Source: Trichoplax sp. H2 (lineage: Eukaryota). Taken from it: a DNA stretch of 64,000 nucleotides. A model generated the notes under the pieces. The model did not search any database. It saw only the letters and a program-made list of their open reading frames with translations, and was not told the origin of the DNA. The stretch is from the NCBI GenBank assembly GCA_003344405.1, contig NOWV01000002.1, positions 310,001 through 374,000 on the forward strand. The letters run 5' to 3'. Within the stretch, counting starts at the first letter, position 1; each line of letters opens with the position of its first letter. Below, one piece after another: positions 53,095 through 64,000 of this stretch. The translations under genes and the position numbers were made by a program.

Positions 53095-55227
53095 TTAGAA
53101 TTGGAACTCTTGTTTGTAATTCTTGATGTTGGGAAGATTTGCAATACGATCACGCAATGCGGTTAATTTTGGAAATTTATCTGCCCATTCTCCTCCATCA
53201 AGAATTTTCAGCAAGTTATTGGAAATTTCATAAAAGGCAATGTCAGCATATGTTAACTGTTACAGAATTAGAATTAGGAGAATGTGCAATTAGTTTAAAG
53301 GATGATAAGATTATTAAACTCAAATATAGGCAAATACGAAGCAATTGTATCTTAAAAGAATTTTATCAGTGTAAATTGTTTCTCGAAGTTGCAATTTATA
53401 GTATATTTACATTGCCAGTAAAGTATTCACCACCAGCATTTTCTAAGCGACGTTCCAAAAATCCCAAGCCTTTCGGGGCAGTTTCTTCCACAAACTTCTT
53501 TCTTAACTGCTCTTTCTTCTCTTCGTCCTTCATCACATAGAATGTAATCATCGGCTCCCTAAGATCGACGGTTAGGAAGTCATAGATTTCATCAGCCTGA
53601 GCTTGTTCTAGATTAGTTTTTCCGGCTAAGCCTACCATTTTTGGGTTAAAATTCATTTAGAATAGTCTTCATTGCAAAGAATACATCATTATATGTGCAG
53701 TTCAATTATCATGCAAAATTATTCTAAGATTAAATAGCACGGTAATTATAATATTATGGAGGGAGTATCCGATAATAAGGTGCTTTTCAACAATAATTAT
53801 TTATTTTCGGCTGCACCCGACAAGCAGATAATGTTAAAAAGTTTTAAACCTACCCGTAAAGCCTGCAGCAGCACGAGTAATGGCCCCGCTCTGAAAAAAA
53901 ACATTCCCATCAATTTCTAGGACTGGTATTTGTTGAAACGGAAACCTACCAGCTATAATGAAGGAAGAAATTTGCGCAACGTCATTAACACAATTGTTTT
54001 AAATTATTTGACAGTAAAATATAAAAAATTCTTTTTTAGTCACATTGGTATTACTTCGTATCAGAAGCAAAAACAATAACATTAAATTATCGTACCCTTT
54101 TATGTATCAGTAATATGTGAAATATTATCAACTCTCCCATTATAAAACTAAGAAAATATCTTCCCATTATAAAACTAACAAAATATCTTTCTATGCAAAT
54201 AGATTGTTGTTGATAAGGATTAATAAAATTTGATAATTTTCCGACTCGGAAATGAATAAGGAATCGTTAGCACCTTTGATCATGAACTTGATGGATACAT
54301 TATTACCAGTATCCATTACAGGTGTTCATCTACACTGACGTTCAGTAATAAAAAAATATGAATCAGTGGTATATCTAAGAGTACTGATTCTCACTAAACG
54401 TGATAGGCCCAGCAATTTTGATAGCATACACTCGCATACACCCTATAGGTAAGTATTTACTGGCGTCTTTAAATTGATTTACTTAATTAATTGAGTATTT
54501 GATCTTTTACTAATGGCTGTTGCATGGTAACCTCTGGTGAAAAAATTGTCCTGAGTCATTACCTCTACGCACTGCAATATCCTGTACAATAGAGCACTTT
54601 ATGGAATAGGACTCTCTTAAAAGCACCTATATCTTAGTAATAATATGCTTATTTATTTTAGAGGGATTCTCACGCCGTATATTTGTACTGTAATGTCTAT
54701 AAAGTAGTATATACCAAAGGAAACGAATCTTTTGTGAGTTTTTGCGTAATACTTAATTTGCACATGAAATACATATCGTGATAGTGATTTATTTAACCAG
54801 CTACGGAGAAATTGCATGATTAAATATCCAAACTTTGAAAGATGAATGTGCCTCGAACTCGATGTATTCACCGGCAATCAACTAATAGTCTTCACTATAT
54901 ATTAAAGTACTAAATTAAATTTAAATTTAGTGAACATTCTTTTATACATTTTCTATCATTTCTCGCTTCATTATAAATAGGACAATCATCTCAAAATATT
55001 ATGTGTGAGTAAATTAAACTAATGCGACAAGAAAATCGATAATTTTTCAGAACTGCTGATGCCACAAGTGTGTTACTGATATGATAAAACTTACAAGATT
55101 TGAGTTCTGGCCAGTCACTTTTTTCAATCCTCTCATCAACGTACTCTAATCCAGCTTGAGTAAAGATAAGGCGAGCAATTTCAGCTCTGCCGGGAATGTT
55201 GAAGTACGTGAGTTTTATAGAAGGCAT
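53095..55227 (-). CDS. Glutathione S-transferase, sigma-like, paralog A (4 exons)
   Basis: MPSIKLTYFNIPGRAEIARLIF..WPELK/SGRFPFQQIPVLEIDGNVFFQSGAI/LAGKTNLEQAQADEI../LTYADI..FPKLTALRDRIANLPNIK. Confidence 0.93.
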
Positions 55228-57161
55228 GTTTAATATAAGTTCTTATCACTTTAGTAAAATAAAAGTAAGATCAATCAGAGCAACACCATCAAGGAAAAAG
55301 AGGGTGTATGAACAGGTTAAGTCTAAACTAGAATCCTCATACTATTTAGAAAAGTATTGTTCTATCTTACTAGACAATGACAGCTGTTTGTTTTTTATTC
55401 GAACCCTTTCTACCTTTTATTCTTCTAATTTTAATAATTGCTACCTACTGTGCATTATGATGTTGATATTTTTCGACCAATAAGCTTCCCTTTCATATTA
55501 TACTGAATTTTACAGAATTACTCCACGTTATTAATACTGCTCTAAGTGATTCAATTATAAATTCCTTAGACTACTACAACTAGTTGATACTCAGAAATAC
55601 TATAAATAGGGAAAGTTTAATTAAGCAACAAGCATGTGTGATAGTGATCAACTTTTTACAGTGCTTGTGCGTTAGGATTTCAGATACTGAGGTAATATTA
55701 TCAGTATTAAATCAAGTATTATTTAATATACACCTCTCGCTGAATAAATAACAACCAAAGATTAGCAGGTAAGGATTGCAAATAGTCAAGATCTAGAAAT
55801 AAATCTGTTTTGCTATAATACGATGTGCAAGAGGGTCATTGATGATCATCATTGCTCGAAATGATGAAATTCCGCAAGGAATACCTTAGTTTCATTCAAT
55901 TATATTATTGGACAAATCAGTCTTGAAATTAAACTTGAAAGTGAATCTGTAAGATAAATTACCAAAAGCACCAATCATATAATATTAATGAATTATTATT
56001 TGAAGAGGGTAAAGTAAAAATTCTACTAAAGCATGGGATGCTAAACCGAGCTGCTCTGCACTATGCACGCATTAAACTCCGTATTTATCCTCGAAGATAT
56101 TTGTTGTATCGCAATCATTACAATATCACCGTACCTATTACAGTATTTGTATGATAATAATACTATTAACAGTAAGCCTCTCTAGAATTTAAAAAATAAT
56201 CTTACGTAGTGTTTTGAAGTTATATTCTTTGTTAACAATAAAAAATCTTACAATTTATAACATATGATAATGACTTAAAACAAAATTACCAGGGACCCAA
56301 TTAAAATTTGATATAGATGTTCATTTATGCTTTTCTGCTGATAAGAAACTAAATATTTTATGAGTTATAGGCCAAATTATCAACAGGTTAATAAAACTTG
56401 TTGTCACAAGCTTGCTTAAATACAACTTTTCCGTTTGTCGATGCTGTGATATCAAAAATATTAATTCTATATTATGGTTTGTAAGGTACGTTATGTTTTT
56501 AGATGTGCTTTTTTACACGAGATAGGTATGCTGTAGGTTCGATGAATTGCTAGTACCTTACCTATATAATACTTTAAAATCTTGACTACTAAAATTCACA
56601 TTAAGGCGAAATACGTTTACACATTAAAATTAACGTGGTAGTAAACTGTTTTTAATACTCTGTATTTATGCGTAGCAAGATACCTCGTCAAAATGTTTAA
56701 TTACTTGTCAGTGTGTCGATAAATGTTTTCTATGGTACATGTAATAGTAACACTAGAGTAATCTTATATAGTCATCGTTAAATTTACTGCCTATTGAATA
56801 GTTCTCTCTAGTATAACTTTTCAATAACCACCCCTCAAATAAAGCTATCGCACCGTAAACTGTACGCGTATGCTTCTTACTGCTTACAGCATTGTATCTC
56901 TTTATTATTCAATCGTTTGCTATCAGATTATACTATCACAACAAGCTAATCCAATCTCAAATCAATACTGTAATAACCTCGATTTTATTTACGATCATTT
57001 TCTACAAAAGAATTATTTCAAGACGGGGTTATAAATCAATAGTTATTCAATAATTAAATCTACTTTATTTAGAGATTAAAGAATATCCAAAAAGTTTAGT
57101 ACTAAATGGGCTCTTGAGTACTGTACTCTAAATAACATAATGCCGTAAGATGGCATTCTAT

Positions 57162-59654
57162 TTAAGATTTGTGCTCTTCTGCGTACTTCTTGATATTGGG
57201 GAGATTTGCAACACGATCATACAATGCAGCTAATTTCGGGAATTGCGTTGCCATTTCTTCTCCATTAAGGATATTTTCCGTAAACTTAACAAATCGGTAA
57301 AAGCCAATGTCGGCATATGTCAACTATTGCAAGAATGAAAATTTGGAACAGTATTAGATTTTAATTGGTACATAGGCAAATTAATTAAACAGTATATTAA
57401 AGTTTCCATCAAGATAATTCCTTTTACTTGACTATGATTTACGATATACTCACACTGCCAGTAAAGTATTCACCACCGGCCTGTTCTAGACGTTTTTGCA
57501 AAAATCCTAAACCTTTTGGAGCTTCTTCTTCAACAAATTTCTTTTTCAGTTCTGCTTTTTTATCTTCATCTTTCTCACCGAAAAGGAACTTGATTATCTT
57601 TTCCTGAAGATCAGCTTGCAGAAAATCAACGATTTCATCTGCTAAAGCTTGTTCGAGGCTAGTTTTTCCGGCCAAGCCTGCAATTTTAATTACAGGTTTA
57701 TTTTACGCTGATTCTCAATGCACCTAATGGGCTACAATGCCTACTTCATTACCATATGAAATTACTTTAAGTCTAAACGATAATGTACTTGTATCTTTAG
57801 TAACTAATCATCTTGTATGAATGAAAATAGACTTTAAATATTATTACTCTAGGCTACGTCATATTCGCTAGGATATAATCGATGTATGAACAAAGAAATA
57901 TTAACTAAAATTTACCAGAAAAGCGCGCAGCAGCACGAGCAATAGCTGTACTCTGAACATAGACGTGGCCATCAACCTCTAAGATTGGTATTTGTTGGAA
58001 GGGAAACCTACCAGCTATAGTAAAAGAAGAAATTAATACAAATTTGTTAAAATTATTTTAATAGAAACTGTAAATTATGTCATTTTGTTTCTTTGCCGTA
58101 CTCATGTTACTATACGTATATCGAAGGCAAGAAGGATGATCAGGCTTGACTGGTAGGAAATAATATGGGAGACGCTATGAACGATTCTCATTCTATAAAT
58201 TGGTAAACTATCTTGTATGCTGAGTGCAAGAAAAATAACAGGTATACACTCGCATACTGTATAGAATTTCACATGGTTCTGTACCTCTTAATAATATCAT
58301 TAGAATTACTCAAAGTGATAAAGAATAGTTTATCACTGATAAGGATGTAAACGAAATTAGTAAGCTCACAATCTGGAAACAAAATTAGAATGAATAGTAT
58401 TGCTATTACTAGTCACCAGCTTCACGAATAAGCATCGATATAACATTAATAGTGATTAATGAACTTTATAAGCGTTCATCATTTACGTCGTATCATTTAT
58501 CTGACTACAAATATCGCATGAAAGTATTTCCACTGCACACTAATACTGATCCTTACTAAATAGACATGAGCTTATCGATAGGAATTCCACATACTCCCTA
58601 CAGTTAAATCTATCTAATCCCGTGCACAAAAAATTAATTTATTTAATTACTCTACTTTTCTGATCATAACTCGTTGCTTAGTAACGTTGAATGAAAAATC
58701 ATCCAAACGTTACGTTTTACACCGTAATACGGTACAGTACTTTTTAAAGTTAAAGGGACTGTAGCCTTATGGACTGGTATAAGGTGTTGTACTGTATGAT
58801 ACCCTCTATAGCAATAATATTAAAGTTTGTATACCACACCAGGGCGCATTCCCTGACATAATTCTAGATAGTTAATGAGAACATCTACGGACAGATGCAA
58901 GTAGAATTTATTTGATATATTGCCATGATAGATGGAGTTAAAATTTTTTTTGCATGTACCGGATAATACTGTTATTCGATGTCTCTGTCCTTTATTAACT
59001 TGGCTTTCATCATACAGTATATTAAAGCCCCATCTAGTAGATATTTTTCACTGCGTTATATCTCATTCTCGACTAAAAATTTTGCATTTAAGAGGAATGT
59101 ATCCGCTGAAGATCGTAATGAGAGAGTTAGCAACTATCTAAAGCTAAACTTGTTTAACTAAATAATTGTTATCTAAATTACAGGATTAAACTAAATTTTA
59201 TTCGATCTGCTACCTCTGCTCTGTTCTAGACTGATTATATAAACGTCAATTAAACGAACATAGATAACATTGCTGAATTCTGAAAAGCATTCTAGACAGT
59301 CACAGTACGTACTTTGCAAAATCACGAATAAATAAGGTGTATTGCAATGTCACTGCTTTTCTAAATTTAGTTATCTAATGCAAAATAAGATAATTACTTT
59401 TACACAGACACTCAGTTGGTAAATGTAAGCAAAATTGGTGTGAAAAATATTAATTTGCAACTATCAAAAGGTTATTGAAACAAATTGGGCGATAAGATGG
59501 AGTAATTAGATGAAAACTTACATGATTTAAGTTCTGGCCAGTCTTTTCCTTCAATTCTTTCATCCGTAAAATCTACGCCACCTTGTGCAAAGATAAGACG
59601 GATAAGTTCAGCTCTGCCGGGGCCGTTGAAGTAGGTAAGTTTAATGGAAGGCAT
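57162..59654 (-). CDS. Glutathione S-transferase, sigma-like, paralog B (4 exons)
   Basis: MPSIKLTYFNGPGRAELIRLIF../GRFPFQQIPILEVDGHVYVQSTAIAR/LAGKTSLEQALADEI../LTYADIG..FPKLAALYDRVANLPNIK; intron positions match paralog A. Confidence 0.93.
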
Positions 59655-61815
59655 ATTTGGTGTGAGTTACAAGTACAATCTGCTGCAATAAAAATAAAAC
59701 AAGAGCAATCAAAGTAACACCGTCGAGAAAGAAGGCGTGTGGGCCAGATCAAATTTAATGCAGCGTCTTTATATTGTAGGTTGGCATTGTTCTATCTTGC
59801 TGCGTAATGATGTTTGGTTGTCATTGTTCACACTCCATCCACCTTTTATTCCACTCATTTCATCATTTGTTTTCTACAGTGTCATATGACATCAGCAATT
59901 TTCGACCAATCGATTTCTTCCTCATTTAATGATATGTAAAGTCTGCAAAGTTAATAAATTATACATTCATATGAATATTGAGCTTTTATGATCAGTCATA
60001 TTATTATACTTAAGTAGTATTATAGATCCAGTTAGAAATATTTAGCGATGTTGAAATCATAGCATGTATACGAGAATGCAATTTGGAGTAAAAGCTGAGA
60101 TTAATCTTTCTGATGATGTTTAATAAATTGTAATGGAGACATACTGCCACATAGCGATGCCGATGATTTGAATATATAAAATAAGCCAATGCTGTAGCAA
60201 GATATAAGCTTGTGAATAAAAATAGAGCTGAGCTATTTTTTGATGCTGCATAACTAAAAATGTTTAGGATGCTTTATTTACAAATCCATGACAGGATTCA
60301 GGTTGTCAGCAAATCAATATTATAAATAGTTGTACTGCATTGACATCGCTACAGCTGAGTATGGCCACAGTACAATATATGATATAAAAAAAATCCTGTA
60401 CGATATTAAGATATCAGACGTAAGAAGCTGAAGTGATTTAATTTTCTTTGCTGTTAATATTGTCATAAGTGATTTGCTCACACAAATACCATAGAAGTAA
60501 TGAGGTAGTTGTACGTGTATAGTATTACAATATTGCTGCTGAATATTAGTATTATTATAGAACAGGCATATGATACTATGGTTCAGGTAGTAATTACGTA
60601 GTAGTATCCAGATAGAAGCTAAAATACTTTCTGTAAGCGTTACATGAAATACTCACTAATCTGCAATATCTTTTACATAAACAGTACTGTAATTATTAAA
60701 GATCAGTAGGTAAAGATTGCAAATGATTAATCGTAAAAATAAAATGGACTGTGTTATAATACAATACAATGTAAATGTAATAATAGTATTTTTGATGATG
60801 GTCTTATGATTTATTTCTATAATATTATGCCGAATGAAAGACTTGATAAACAAATGCTTTAATTTCAATTTAACAATATTGTAGAATAAATTAATCTCAG
60901 AAAATAATTCAGGATGCACATCTTTAAGATATATTATCTACTAATCAAGCGATATCAGTCGGCTAGCATTTAAATATAGTAAAATAAAAACCTTTAAGCG
61001 ATAAGTAGCTCAACTGAACGGTGCTTTACTCTTCTAGTAATTATTAGTAACCTATAAATAATCTCGTTATAATCCTATCAAGACAAAACCTTTGCAGTAA
61101 CTGTTAACTAAATACAGATTGAAGCTACCTGATTAGCTGTACTTTAAGTAAGTAACTGAATTTATTTTAACTACGTTATGTTCAATATGTGGAGAAATAC
61201 AAAGTAATTCTTAATGTAACTGTATTTTACGTTGTTTATCTGCGTTAAGTTGGCTCAATGTATGTATCATTTTAAGTCTATTTTCGATTTTGCAATAACG
61301 GCCAATGGCTTCTTCTGTGCATTACAGGAAAGATATGCTAATACTGAGAAACGTAGATTTGACCTACTAAGAATGAGAATCAAGTAGCCCTTGATTTATA
61401 TTATGTCATTAATATGCACGTAGACCCTAAAAGAAAGTAATTACAGAGCCGTGATCATCATTATGGTCACAGAGCTGTACATTATTGGTTTTCAATATCC
61501 ATTAATATTTTACGTGACAAGTTGCAAAGGTGGAATGCAGAATAAAATCTAGGTATTATAATTGATCTCATCATTTTTTAATTAGTTAATAAGCTATTGC
61601 CTTATATCGAAGCAGTAATTTATTGGAATATTTTTAATTTAATTTAACTCCTTGTAATACATGTAAATTCTAAGACCGTCTTTTTACGCAAAAATCTGAA
61701 CGTATAATGGCGGTAAAATGTAAGCGAAACATAATCTATAGCTGTAGCTGTAACTGCCTGCAAGATTTTTATGCATGAGGGACTGTGCGATCAGTAGGTA
61801 TGTGACAAAACTTAC

Positions 61816-61948
61816 AAGCTTTTACTTGTTCCTAACCTTTCCCATCAATTCTTTCATCAACGTATTCCACCCCATCTTGAGCAAAGATGGAACGAATAAT
61901 TTCAGCTCTACCGCTGGCATTGAAGTAGTTGAGTTTAACGAAAGGCAT
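61816..61948 (-). pseudogene. GST paralog C remnant: exon 1 only, with in-frame TAG
   Basis: [43 protein letters not shown]|gtaag. Same 133-nt length as exon 1 of A and B; the conserved Trp codon is TAG (61832-61834); no exons 2-4 were seen before paralog B. Confidence 0.85.
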
Positions 61949-63011
61949 ATTCGATATAAATTAAATGTAATAAAAATATAAGTAGAAGTAAAGTAATGCG
62001 ATGAAATAATACCTTTATAGCGCATACGTAAGAGCTAGATTACGGGTAAGCTAGAATTTTTGAACAAGATGTGATATCTTGTTGGGTGGTAATATTTGGC
62101 TATCATTGTGCCCTCTCATTCTGCCTTTTTTGTTCTGTTCATTTTATTGGTTGTTACCTATAGATATAGTATACGACATCAGCAATTCGATCAGGGAATT
62201 TGCCTCTTATTTTATTTCAATGAGGCTTAGGTTGCTGCCTTTACGCGGTGAACTGATAACAATTTGGTAATCGATTTTATTTAGTGCATGTATGGATATA
62301 GAGAATTAATAAAACTGATGCAATGATGTTGTATTGTACAGTCACGAATATCCTATTTAAATGCAGAATAACGATTAATTGATATTGAGATCATGCATCA
62401 GTTAAACAGTTAAAATACCGGATACAATTATGCAGGTAACCCAGCAAATTAAAGTAAAGAGAGCAGTTATCATACTTTATAGTATGCTGTATATGTAATT
62501 GCTCCATATATAACAGTAGTGACTAATCCAATTCAAGTTTAATTATTAAAATAATATTGAAGTACCTTACTGCTAGTGCATTCTAAATCGTTCGTTACGA
62601 AGTTTAATAGCATCGATGTAGGCTATTCTAGTGAATCTAAGACATTCTGGACTATTATCGCAGAGTATTATGGTGCAGTAAGGATAGTATACAACAAAAA
62701 ATGCGATTACGGCTGTACAATATACGTATATGCTAGTTAATTAACTAGCTTACCCTCTCTACTCTATATGCCGTCAAAAATACTGTATATTAACAGATCT
62801 TATAGACTGGCGATGTACAGGCTGTCAGATAAAATAAAAGGAGTGTATGATAATGCTTTGGGAGGATCTTCGCGATAAAAGGCAGTACTACGCCATTAGT
62901 ATAGAACATTATAGTAGTATATATATGTCATATACGAGTACAATAGATAGTAAAAGAAGACAGTGAGTCAGCAGAAATGTACAATAAACATAAAGTACTG
63001 TATACTATAGG

Positions 63012-63198
63012 GTGTGTTTATTTTATTTTCAGATTACCAAAATCCTTCTCGAGGTGCTTTAAATAATGTAAAAGACCTCTAAATTTCATACCAGTGTGTA
63101 AACCATTACCTACGGGTACATACAATATTTAATATGACTATTACTTAATATAGTCTGTTTAATTTATGAACAAGATTGTGAAAATAAAATAAACACAC
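63012..63198. mobile_element. Putative MITE (~190 bp)
   Basis: Perfect 20-bp terminal inverted repeats GTGTGTTTATTTTATTTTCA (63012-63031) and TGAAAATAAAATAAACACAC (63179-63198); TA lies close to both ends; non-coding interior. Confidence 0.5.
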
Positions 63199-64000
63199 TA
63201 GTACTACATACTGTACACAGTGTACATCTAAGGGTCTCTAGTGTACAGTATACAACGTAGAGCAAACAAAACGCCATATTATTCCTAGTTAATAGTGATA
63301 GCTATCCACATACAGTACAGATATTGTACTAAATATACGTATAGCGACAAAAATGTTATTAACTGTCAAAGCTATTCTTATAAAGTTCAGTATGCTGTAA
63401 TTCTATAAATCGGGAATGATAGATGTTATTATGGCGCAATGCGATGTTTGAGTACTACTATTATATTTTACTCGAGATGTCACGCCCTTGGTTTGAACAG
63501 TATTCCTTCCTCAAGCTTTATATTAAAAATGTAAAATTTTATCATAGCATTCGAATTCAAATCTGATACTACGTATGATATTATCGAAGTTAGCCTACAA
63601 TATAGTAAAAAATTTTGAAATGCCGAATTTTGCAAATCATCCAGATAATGTATACTGTACCTGCACTTTACTGTATGCCGTATTACTCGTATACTGCATA
63701 GAACGTTAATTATACAAAAATTCCACGCTATTCGCAATTGCAAAATTTGAAGGAATTCACTGCTATGCAGCACTGATTGTATCATAAATCATATAGTAGG
63801 CATATGTTGGCGGATGTTGTGAAATTCGAACAATTGCAAAGGTCCTATGGTCCGAATTTCGCGAGCGTCGGCTAACATTTATTGTGTATGTACATTGTAC
63901 GGTAATAATTGTCTACATAAATATGATAATAATCGTATTAATTGAGCGTAATATATGTATCGTGGAAGTTCTATTTTATTTATCAATCATATAATTTCTT

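Noticed and set aside
54135..54188. 27-bp direct repeat in a GST-A intron
   Set aside because: Simple slippage duplication with no sign of function.

Overview
AT-rich, intron-dense eukaryotic DNA with short GT-AG introns and animal-type genes. Composition and gene style suggest a basal metazoan such as a placozoan (Trichoplax-like); this is inference. Manual splicing gives, in order: E2F4/5 (+, with a U12-type intron), a KIF28/KLP-6-like kinesin-3 (-, ending in a CaaX box), three paralogous single-coding-exon two-TM orphan proteins, an RBIS-like small basic protein (+), AP-1 gamma adaptin (-), a 4 x ~245-bp highly self-complementary tandem array, CCDC90B/MCUR1 (+, invisible in the ORF track), a SOWAH ankyrin-repeat gene (-), DYDC (+, with an upstream X-box), two sigma-class GSTs plus a pseudogenised third first exon (-), and a small TIR element. 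The most striking observation is in the SOWAH gene. Its ankyrin repeats appear to be completed by four single-codon (3-nt) exons (Gly, Tyr, Asn, Gly), each with its own AG/GT splice sites, and these restore both the GYTALH motif and the exact 33-aa repeat period. All gene models are by-eye predictions without transcript data.
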